The notes below the pieces were generated by a model, which was given only the letters and a program-made list of their open reading frames with translations, ran no database searches and was not told where the DNA came from. Shown here one piece after another: positions 55,113-63,318 of a stretch of 64,000 nt of DNA. Within the stretch, counting starts at the first letter, position 1. Each line of letters begins with the position of its first letter. Location of the stretch: positions 1,550 to 65,549 of the forward strand of contig JADFXX010000005.1 of assembly GCA_015233335.1 (NCBI GenBank), written 5' to 3'. This DNA comes from Candidatus Omnitrophota bacterium. GTDB lineage: Bacteria > Omnitrophota > Gorgyraeia > Zapsychrales > Fredricksoniimonadaceae. Made by a program: the position numbers and the translations under genes.

Positions 55113-56294
55113 ATGAAAATGATCCCCCTTTCTGTTCCAAATTTGTCAGGTAGGGAATTACAGTACGTCAAGAAATGCATTGATACCAATTGGGTTTCTT
55201 CGGCAGGCAGCTTTGTTCGGAAATTTGAGGAGGCTCTCTGTCATTATGTTAAATCCCCCTATGCCGTAGCCTGCGTGAGCGGGACCGCGGGGTTACAGGT
55301 CGCCCTTAGGCTCTGTGGGGTCAAGACAAATGATGAAGTGATTGTGGGGACACTCACATTTATTGCTCCTGTGAATGCGGTTAAGTATCTTGGAGCAGAG
55401 CCGGTTTTTATGGATTGTGATGATTATATGAACATTGATCCCGTCAAGTTGGAGGAATTTTGTGTTAAAGAATGTAAGGTCACAAAAGAGGGTTTACGAA
55501 ATAAGAGTACCGGAAGGATTATCAGGGCCCTCGTCCCAGTTCATATTTTTGGCAATCCCTGCGATATGAAGGAAATCATGAGAATCGCAAAAGCTTATAG
55601 GTTAAAAGTGATTGAAGATGCGACCGAGAGCTTAGGTGCGTATTATACCTCGGGGTCGTATAAAAATAAATTTACCGGTACAATCGGGGATATCGGGGTT
55701 TTTTCCTTTAATGGTAATAAAATAATTACTACCGGCGGTGGCGGCATGATCGTAACCGGTGATAAGGCCATGGCCCAAAAGGCCGGCTACTTAGTTGATC
55801 AGGCTAAAGATGACCCGGTCAATTATATTCATCATGAGATCGGGTATAATTTTAGGATGAACAATGTGCAGGCGGCTATGGGGTTGGCTCAACTTGAACA
55901 GTTGAAAAAATTCATAAGGATTAAAAAGAGTAATTATGAATTGTATGGCAAGCTACTAAGGCCCATTAAAGGTGTCAGACTGCTGGGAATACCCCCAGGC
56001 ACTTCACCTAATTATTGGTTTTATTCGTTGTTGGTGGACAGGAAAGAATATGGGATAGACCGTAATAAGCTAATGGATCATCTGTCAAAACAAAGTATTC
56101 AATCCAGGCCTGTCTGGTATTTAAATCATTTACAGCTTCCGTATGGTCGGAATCAGGCGTATAAGATCGAGAACGCGGTTAAATTCCGGGAATGTGTACT
56201 TAATTTACCTTGCAGTACCACTTTGAAAGAGAATGAAATCGAAGAAATTGTTATTGCTGTAAGAATATTTGGAAGATCACAGGGAGAATATTGA
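55113..56294 (+). CDS. DegT/DnrJ/EryC1-family PLP sugar aminotransferase, LegC-like
   Basis: MIPLSVPNLSGRELQYVKKCIDTNWVSSAGSFV and GDIGVFSFNGNKIITTGGGGMIVT. Confidence 0.8.
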   Translation: MKMIPLSVPNLSGRELQYVKKCIDTNWVSSAGSFVRKFEEALCHYVKSPYAVACVSGTAGLQVALRLCGVKTNDEVIVGTLTFIAPVNAVKYLGAEPVFMDCDDYMNIDPVKLEEFCVKECKVTKEGLRNKSTGRIIRALVPVHIFGNPCDMKEIMRIAKAYRLKVIEDATESLGAYYTSGSYKNKFTGTIGDIGVFSFNGNKIITTGGGGMIVTGDKAMAQKAGYLVDQAKDDPVNYIHHEIGYNFRMNNVQAAMGLAQLEQLKKFIRIKKSNYELYGKLLRPIKGVRLLGIPPGTSPNYWFYSLLVDRKEYGIDRNKLMDHLSKQSIQSRPVWYLNHLQLPYGRNQAYKIENAVKFRECVLNLPCSTTLKENEIEEIVIAVRIFGRSQGEY

Positions 56295-56965
56295 TGTGGG
56301 ACAGTCATTGGGAGAAGGTTTTTCAAGATAGAGAATGGGGCAGATACCCGGCAGAAGATCTAGTGAGATTCATGGGAAGGAATTATTACAACGTCCCCAA
56401 CCGCAAACAGGTAAAGATTCTGGAGGTGGGAAGCGGGACGGGAGCCAATTTGTGGTATTTAGCCAAGGAAGGATTTGATGTGACCGGAATCGAAGGCAGT
56501 AAGACCGGGGTCGAGCGTTCAATTAAAAGATTAAAAGAAGACGGATTGTCGGCCCGGGTCATGGTCGGAGATGTCATTAAGTTGCCCTTTGAGGATGATT
56601 ATTTTGATTGTGTAGTGGATATTGAATGTATTTACGCGAACAGTTACGGAGACTCAAAGAAAATAATCAGAGAAATACGCAGGACTTTAAAGCCCGGAGG
56701 GAAATTATTTTCCAAAACGCTGATGAGCGGGACATCAGGAGACGGTAAAGGCCAAAGACTTGAAGGGGAAGAGAATACCTATATTGAATTTGATGAAGGG
56801 GCTTTTCGTCGTGATGGTCGCTTGACAAGGTTTACTGCCGAGAAGGAAATAGGTGATCTTTATAATGAATTTAATATGGTGAGCCTTGATTATTCTGTTC
56901 GGACAGAGAAAAACAGAGAAATTGAGATAAAGGAGTGGCTGATCATATGCCAGAAAAAGACATGA
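56294..56965 (+). CDS. Class I SAM-dependent methyltransferase
   Basis: ILEVGSGTGANLWYLAKEGFDVTGIE, PGGKLF. Confidence 0.8.
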   Translation: MWDSHWEKVFQDREWGRYPAEDLVRFMGRNYYNVPNRKQVKILEVGSGTGANLWYLAKEGFDVTGIEGSKTGVERSIKRLKEDGLSARVMVGDVIKLPFEDDYFDCVVDIECIYANSYGDSKKIIREIRRTLKPGGKLFSKTLMSGTSGDGKGQRLEGEENTYIEFDEGAFRRDGRLTRFTAEKEIGDLYNEFNMVSLDYSVRTEKNREIEIKEWLIICQKKT

Positions 56966-58575
56966 AGAAAATAAGAAAAGTGCTTCTGGTCGTCCCGCCT
57001 GTGACGCGTCCTTCGGATTTTTCCGCCAAAGTCGCCCGCGTGACTGTCTTTATTCCCTTAGGGATAGCTTATATCGCGGCAACGATCGAGAATACCGGCC
57101 GTTATGAGGTGAGCGTGTTGGATGCCTTGATCGAAGGGGACAATCAGACCGGGATCCCGATGAAGAATGCGACATATTTTCGTTATGGGCTTACCGATGA
57201 AGAGCTTGCCCAAAGGATAAAGGACTTTCAGCCCGACGTTGTTGGGGTGTCCTGTTTGTTTTCCGCAGCCCAGGACGATATGGCGAATGTTTGCCGTATC
57301 GCAAAAAGGATTAACCCTGATATTGTTACCATTGTCGGAGGAACACATATTGGTAATATGGCAGAGGAAGCCATAGGACTTTATCCAGCAGTTGATTTTG
57401 TGATCGTTGGCGAGGCTGAACGTACTTTCTTGGATATCTTGGAGGTCCTAGAAGGGGATATGGGCTTGGATGAGCTCAATGGGGTGGCCTTCCGAAAGGG
57501 CGAAGAAAAACGGTTTATTCCCAAGACGCAGTACATTCAAGACCTGGATAAAATTGATTTTCCCGCATATCATTTTTTTAATTTACAGCGTTATTTTGAC
57601 CGTGGTGAGTCGCACGGGTTTTATCGGCGGACGCCCTACATGCAAATGATCACCTCGCGCGGCTGTCCTTGCCATTGCACGTTCTGCGCCTTGGGGCCGC
57701 ATTGGGGGGCTCGCCAGCGTAAGCGTAGTGCCAAGAACATTCTGGATGAAATGGAGAAGTTGATTGGCAAGTACGGGATACAGGAGTTTCATTTTGAAGA
57801 TGATAATCTGACGGCGGACAAAAAGCGTGCTATCGAACTTTTTGATGGTATGATCGAACGCAAATTCAACATTCTCTGGCATGCTCCCAGCGGTATTGCG
57901 GCTTATACGCTTAGTCCCGATATCATCGAGAAAATGGCGGCGTCTGGATGTTACTCGATCACTATAGCCATTGAGAGCGGCAGCCAGCGGGTGTTGACGA
58001 AGTTGATGCGTAAGCCGGTCGATCTTAAGAAAATTCCGGCACTGGTGCAGACAATCCGCAAGCACAAGATTGATGTCCGCGCTTTTTTTATGCTGGGTTT
58101 TCCCGGAGAGACAAAAGAGGATATGAAAATAACGATCGATTATGCGCGCGGACTGGAATTAGACTGGGCCTATTTTTCGATCTTTTCTCCGCTGCCTAAG
58201 ACTAAGATGTACGATGTTTGTTTGGAGAAAGGCTATATTAAAGAAGGAGATTTTGATCCGATCCGGAGCTTCCACCGCAGCATTGTTCACACGCCGGAAT
58301 TTGCCCCCGAAGAACTTCAGCAGATCAGGGAAGAAGCCATTGTTGATATTTGTTTTCGCAATAACCCCAATTTGCGCAAATATGATGTTGATACGGCCAT
58401 TGAGAATTTTTCTTCGGTGGTTCGTCGGTATCCTCATTTTGATTTTGCCAATTTTTATCTCGCGGAAGCTTATCTGAGAAAAGGTGACAAAAAAAAAGCG
58501 GCCATATATTATCAAAAAACGATTCAGGCGAACCCTGCTCATCGAGAAGCGATTTCAAGGCTGAAGACCTTTTGA
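56962..58575 (+). CDS. B12-binding radical SAM enzyme (class B, methyltransferase-like) with C-terminal TPR
   Basis: Cobalamin-binding-type N-domain (VVGVSCLFSAAQDD...IVTIVGGTHIG), SRGCPCHCTFCA (CxxxCxxC), and a TPR tail (YLAEAYLRKGDKKKAAIYYQKTIQANPAH). The start is 56962 (ATGA overlap) or 56947. Confidence 0.8.
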   Translation: MKKIRKVLLVVPPVTRPSDFSAKVARVTVFIPLGIAYIAATIENTGRYEVSVLDALIEGDNQTGIPMKNATYFRYGLTDEELAQRIKDFQPDVVGVSCLFSAAQDDMANVCRIAKRINPDIVTIVGGTHIGNMAEEAIGLYPAVDFVIVGEAERTFLDILEVLEGDMGLDELNGVAFRKGEEKRFIPKTQYIQDLDKIDFPAYHFFNLQRYFDRGESHGFYRRTPYMQMITSRGCPCHCTFCALGPHWGARQRKRSAKNILDEMEKLIGKYGIQEFHFEDDNLTADKKRAIELFDGMIERKFNILWHAPSGIAAYTLSPDIIEKMAASGCYSITIAIESGSQRVLTKLMRKPVDLKKIPALVQTIRKHKIDVRAFFMLGFPGETKEDMKITIDYARGLELDWAYFSIFSPLPKTKMYDVCLEKGYIKEGDFDPIRSFHRSIVHTPEFAPEELQQIREEAIVDICFRNNPNLRKYDVDTAIENFSSVVRRYPHFDFANFYLAEAYLRKGDKKKAAIYYQKTIQANPAHREAISRLKTF

Positions 58576-58612
58576 GAGTATAATTACAATTTAGAATTTT
58601 GGTAAGGGCATC

Positions 58613-60115
58613 GTGCTATTCAATACATACAGTTTCATCTTTATATTCTTACCAATTGTTGTTGCCGGTTATTTCTGGCTTACGCATAAAAGGCTTATCA
58701 TTGGCAGCAAATTATGGATAGTTGCCGCGAGTCTATTTTTTTATAGTTATTGGAGCATTTATTATTTGCCCTTATTGCTATTGAGCATATTTATCAATTT
58801 TTTTGTAGGCTCAGCTATTGCGGAGATAATACCAAAAGAAAATACGACTTACAGTTCGAACAAGAAGAAAATAACCAAATATTTATCTTCCAGGCAGCTT
58901 CTTCTTTTTGGCGTTGTATTTAATGTGGGGCTGCTGGGGTATTTTAAATACACCGATTTTTTATTAACAAATCTAAACACCATCTTTTCTTTTAACCTTC
59001 CGCTGCTTCATGTGGTATTGCCGCTGGGGATCAGTTTTTTTACTTTTACCCAGATCGCATTTTTGGTTGATGCCTATAAAGGAAAAGTCAAAGAATACGA
59101 TCTGTTAAATTACATGCTGTTTGTTAGTTATTTCCCTCATCTTTTGGCAGGGCCAATCCTTCATCATGCAGAAATGATGCCTCAGTTTTATTCTCGCTGG
59201 AATTGGGTGATCAGATGGCGGAATGTCGCTCACGGTCTGTTCTTATTCTCCATAGGACTTTTTAAAAAAGTCATTATAGCCGATACATTTGCCCAATGGG
59301 CCAATGCTGGATTTGACACGGCTACAACACTTAATTTCTTTTCAGCTTGGGCCACTAGTCTAAGTTATACGTTTCAACTATATTTTGACTTTTCCGGCTA
59401 CACAGATATGGCCATAGGCATGAGTTTATTCTTTAGCATTAAACTGCCGGTTAACTTCAATTCTCCGTATAAAGCAAGTGACATACAAGACTTTTGGAGA
59501 AGATGGCATATGACATTAAGCAGATTCCTGAAAGATTACGTTTATATTCCCTTGGGGGGCAATCGGGGGTCAAAACTACACAATTACTTTAATCTTTTTA
59601 CTGTTTTTTTGGTTGGGGGACTATGGCATGGGGCTTCTTGGATGTTTGTTATTTGGGGAGGACTCCATGGGATAGCTACAGTTATCCATAGAGTTTGGAA
59701 GGATTTAGGCTTTAGAATGTCAAGTTGGCTCGGCTGGTTTATCACTTTCAACTTTGTAAACGTCGCTTGGGTATTTTTTAGGGCAAAAGATTGGGGAAGC
59801 ACTATTAAAGTTCTTGGAGGCATGGTTGGTGCCGGCGGGCTTGTTTTGCCGACCCCCTTAAGGACCAGGTTATGTTTTTTGGAAAGATTTGGGATAATTT
59901 TTGGTGATTGGTTTGGAAGCATTGAAGAGCGGGGGTATAAAGGGATATTGCTGATGTTTTTATTTGCGGTGTGCGTTCTTGGCGCTAAGAATTCAATGGA
60001 ATTAAACAGGCAAATTAAGCCGACGACGCCTTATCAACTTATCGTCACAGGGGTGTTTTTAACGGCAGTTTTACACCTTTGCAAAATATCCCGGTTTATT
60101 TATTTTCAATTTTAG
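58613..60115 (+). CDS. MBOAT-family membrane O-acyltransferase (AlgI/DltB/PatA-like)
   Basis: FSGYTDMAIGMSLFF...NFNSPYKASDIQDFWRRWHMTLSRFLKDYVYIPLGGNR (conserved His region). GTG start. Confidence 0.9.
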   Translation: MLFNTYSFIFIFLPIVVAGYFWLTHKRLIIGSKLWIVAASLFFYSYWSIYYLPLLLLSIFINFFVGSAIAEIIPKENTTYSSNKKKITKYLSSRQLLLFGVVFNVGLLGYFKYTDFLLTNLNTIFSFNLPLLHVVLPLGISFFTFTQIAFLVDAYKGKVKEYDLLNYMLFVSYFPHLLAGPILHHAEMMPQFYSRWNWVIRWRNVAHGLFLFSIGLFKKVIIADTFAQWANAGFDTATTLNFFSAWATSLSYTFQLYFDFSGYTDMAIGMSLFFSIKLPVNFNSPYKASDIQDFWRRWHMTLSRFLKDYVYIPLGGNRGSKLHNYFNLFTVFLVGGLWHGASWMFVIWGGLHGIATVIHRVWKDLGFRMSSWLGWFITFNFVNVAWVFFRAKDWGSTIKVLGGMVGAGGLVLPTPLRTRLCFLERFGIIFGDWFGSIEERGYKGILLMFLFAVCVLGAKNSMELNRQIKPTTPYQLIVTGVFLTAVLHLCKISRFIYFQF

Positions 60116-60124
60116 GTGTTGAAT

Positions 60125-61297
60125 ATGTGGCGGAAATTCAGTATTAAAATCCTGGCACTCTCTTCAATAGTGATCAGTTTTGTGATCGGTTTTAATTGGT
60201 TTATTGATCCTTTTGACATTTTTGATTCACCAGCCATACCCCATCTAAATTCAATTAAGACAGAAACAGAGCACAGGGACAGGATTTTTAAAGAAAGGAA
60301 TTTAATAAGAATAAAACCACTTTTATGTGTTTTGGGAAATAGCAGTGCAGATATAGGGATAGACCCGCAAAATGTCAATTTTGGAGGGATCCGTGGTTTT
60401 AATGCGGCCATGAATTCCATGACACCGACGGAATACGAATATATTCTTAACACAGCGATCGGCAATGGTTGTCGAAATTTTATAATAAGCACTGATTACA
60501 GAAATTTTGGAGAAACTTTTTTAACCAAGGATACTTTTGATAAGGAAGCCCTGGGAAAGTCAGTGCCGATCAAATATTACATTAGTTATGACGCTTTGCA
60601 GTCTTCCGTTGAGACAGTCATCCGTAATATAAGCGGCAGCAGCCTAGATATATATTTGAAAAATGGGCAGCATAATTTTATGTATATGCTGAAAGGGACT
60701 GAGAAAGGAGAGGGGTATAAGAAATCTTTCAGAACTTCAGAGGCCGCCTATTATCATTTTTATCTTCATTTGGACCTTCAAGACCAACATTGGCAGGCTT
60801 GGGAGCGGGTTCTTAATAAGGCATATAAGGAAGGAGTGAAAGTCACGCTTTTTATTTCCCCATGCCATGCTAGACATTTAGAAATCCTGAGCCTTTCTCA
60901 AGGGTGGAGTAAGTTTGAAGAATTTAAAAAACGGTTAATCGCGACAAACGAAAGGATTGCCTTTCAAAATGGCAAAAAACCTTTTGTTTTATGGGATTTT
61001 ACGGGGTATAACAAATTTACAACGGAAATAGTTCCAGATGATCCAGGGGCTAAAATGAAATGGTATTGGGACAGCATGCACTATAAAAAAGAGCTTGGAG
61101 ATATCCTGCTGGATAGGATATTTGATGGCAATTTCTCAGGCGGACAGAATTATGCAGATTTTGGAGTAAAATTGACAAGTCAGAATATTGAAGCTCACTT
61201 GGTTTTGCTGCGTGCACAGAGAGAAGAATGGGAGTCTTCCCACCCGCAAGATGTAAGTGAAATAGCAGCCTTAAGCAATAATCAAATAAGATACTGA
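60125..61297 (+). CDS. Membrane-anchored extracytoplasmic protein, putative acyl-transfer partner of the MBOAT (AlgJ/DltD/SGNH-like role)
   Basis: Single N-terminal TM. It lies directly after the MBOAT with no gap. VLGNSSADIG resembles a degenerate GDS block and a WDSMHY block is present. The functional call rests mainly on context. Confidence 0.35.
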   Translation: MWRKFSIKILALSSIVISFVIGFNWFIDPFDIFDSPAIPHLNSIKTETEHRDRIFKERNLIRIKPLLCVLGNSSADIGIDPQNVNFGGIRGFNAAMNSMTPTEYEYILNTAIGNGCRNFIISTDYRNFGETFLTKDTFDKEALGKSVPIKYYISYDALQSSVETVIRNISGSSLDIYLKNGQHNFMYMLKGTEKGEGYKKSFRTSEAAYYHFYLHLDLQDQHWQAWERVLNKAYKEGVKVTLFISPCHARHLEILSLSQGWSKFEEFKKRLIATNERIAFQNGKKPFVLWDFTGYNKFTTEIVPDDPGAKMKWYWDSMHYKKELGDILLDRIFDGNFSGGQNYADFGVKLTSQNIEAHLVLLRAQREEWESSHPQDVSEIAALSNNQIRY

Positions 61298-61345
61298 GTG
61301 TAACATTGCATGAGATGTGCGTTCATAATCAGGGAGAAACAGGGA

Positions 61346-62398
61346 ATGTCGGCGCAGTTTTTTTGGTGGGATCTTTCTCGGCGGGAAATGTGGCAAAAGT
61401 TCTCCTCGGCGCTGCCCAGGGTGCAACAGGATGTTTATTATACGCCGGAATATCTTGAGCTTTATGCCAATGACACGACCAGCGCAAACTGCTACGCTTA
61501 CGTGGAACAGGACAACATTTATATTTATCCTTTCATGTTAGGAGAGATCCCCGGGGCCAGGGGATATTTTGATATTTGCACACCTTATGGATACGGCGGC
61601 CCTGTCGCTAATACAACGGATCAAGGGTTCATTCGTTTAGCGTATGAAACCTTTTACCGTGAGGCGGTTAAACGCAATGTGATTGCTGAGGTTATAAAAT
61701 TTCACCCGCTTTTGGATAACAGCGAGTGTTTAGCGGATATTTATCATGGGAAGATCTTAAGGATGTGTCAGACCGTTTATGTCGATTTGACCGAGAATGA
61801 AGACCGGCTCTGGAGCGCTATTTACACGCATGCCAACCGCAAGAACATCAACAAGGCTCTCCGGCAGGGCATTAAAGTGCGATTTGATCAAAGTCAAGAA
61901 GCTTGGGGAGCGTTCTTAGAACTTTATGAAGCAACAATGATTGAAAACAAAGCGGCGGGGTTTTATTTCTTTTCGCCGGGGTATTACAGGAGCCTTCGGG
62001 AAACGATGGCTGAGCATTATGTATTGGTCTCCTGCTGGCTTGACGGACGCGCGATTGCCGTTATGCTGGTGTTGCTGGGCAATACCATGGCGCATTGTCA
62101 TCTTCTGGGCATTGACAGGGCGGTCTTATCAACGGGTGTTGGGAATTATCTTCATCATGAACTAATCGGCTGGTGCCGGGGGACTGGATATCGATATTTA
62201 CATATCGGGGGTGGAAGGGGCAATGAGGAGAGTGATCCGTTATTGTCCTATAAGAAGAATTTTTCTGACCGCACGGCGACTTTTTATGTGGGAGAGAGTA
62301 TATTCAATGAGGAAGTATACCAGGACGTTTGTGCCCGTTGGGAAAACTTAAATGTAAAAAGAGAACCGAGCGGACGTCTTTTAAAATACAGGCATTAA
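61346..62398 (+). CDS. FemAB-like / GNAT (Acetyltransf_6) family transferase
   Basis: THANRKNINKALRQGIKVRF..., tandem GNAT-like layout, HCHLLGID, GYRYLHIGGG. Confidence 0.55.
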   Translation: MSAQFFWWDLSRREMWQKFSSALPRVQQDVYYTPEYLELYANDTTSANCYAYVEQDNIYIYPFMLGEIPGARGYFDICTPYGYGGPVANTTDQGFIRLAYETFYREAVKRNVIAEVIKFHPLLDNSECLADIYHGKILRMCQTVYVDLTENEDRLWSAIYTHANRKNINKALRQGIKVRFDQSQEAWGAFLELYEATMIENKAAGFYFFSPGYYRSLRETMAEHYVLVSCWLDGRAIAVMLVLLGNTMAHCHLLGIDRAVLSTGVGNYLHHELIGWCRGTGYRYLHIGGGRGNEESDPLLSYKKNFSDRTATFYVGESIFNEEVYQDVCARWENLNVKREPSGRLLKYRH

Positions 62399-62408
62399 CA
62401 CTGATCAT

Positions 62409-63317
62409 ATGATCATAGAAAAGAAACAGTCCAACCAAAATATTTTTGCCTTTAAGTGGAACTATTTTTCTTCTGCCCGCGAGGGATTAAAGCATATTCT
62501 AAGCCAGCCGCAGCTAAGGGCCAAAAAGATCCTACTTCCGGCGTATATCGGTTATAGCACGCGGGAAGGATCAGGGGTATTTGACCCTGTTGCCGCTGCC
62601 GGGACGCCGTATGTTTTTTATCATATGGACCGCTCCTTGAATATTGATCTGCCTTCTTTAACAAAGTCTATCCGGCAAAATCCCGGGCAGATGTTGATGC
62701 TGATCCATTATTTTGGTTTTATAGATAAGCATATCGACAGCGTGAAAAAATTAGCTCGGGCGTATAAGATGGTGCTCATCGAGGATTTTGCCCACGCGTT
62801 CTATACATTTTACAATGATCCGTCTAATGATTTTGATTACGCCATTTTTTCATTACATAAAATGTTTCCTCGAAATGACGGGGGCATGGTTCTTTCGGAT
62901 AGGGACATGAAGGTGACGAAATCTGCTTTTGACAATGATTTATTCAGGTATAATTTGCCTCTGATCGCCCAACGGCGCAGAAAAAACTACACGGATATTT
63001 TAAAGGTCCTGCGCGGGCAGGGCCGTAAACACGACCTTCGCCTTTTGCGTCCCGTACTTGGGAGGCATGTACCGCAAACTTTTCCGGTCATTTTGCCAAA
63101 CCGCGAGACTAGGGACCGGTTATATTTTTCGTTGAATGAAGCAGGTTTCGGGGCGGTCAGCTTATATCATCAATTGATAGACCAGATAGATGAATCTTTT
63201 ATTGATGAACATGCGATTTCAAATACAATTTTGAATTTGCCCGTTCATCAGGATATTCTTCCAGAGCAGCTGGATGGCATGTTGAAAACATTCTTTTTAC
63301 TTTTAAAGAAGAGCTAA
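62409..63317 (+). CDS. DegT-like PLP-dependent enzyme (short form)
   Basis: LLPAYIGYS..., LIEDFAHAF, FSLHKMFP (Schiff-base Lys context). Confidence 0.45.
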   Translation: MIIEKKQSNQNIFAFKWNYFSSAREGLKHILSQPQLRAKKILLPAYIGYSTREGSGVFDPVAAAGTPYVFYHMDRSLNIDLPSLTKSIRQNPGQMLMLIHYFGFIDKHIDSVKKLARAYKMVLIEDFAHAFYTFYNDPSNDFDYAIFSLHKMFPRNDGGMVLSDRDMKVTKSAFDNDLFRYNLPLIAQRRRKNYTDILKVLRGQGRKHDLRLLRPVLGRHVPQTFPVILPNRETRDRLYFSLNEAGFGAVSLYHQLIDQIDESFIDEHAISNTILNLPVHQDILPEQLDGMLKTFFLLLKKS

Positions 63318-63318
63318 T

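Noticed and set aside
62402-62415. Perfect 14-nt palindrome TGATCATATGATCA overlapping the start codon of the short PLP enzyme
   Set aside because: It is short and AT-rich, occurs once, and largely consists of the ATG context. I cannot distinguish it from chance.
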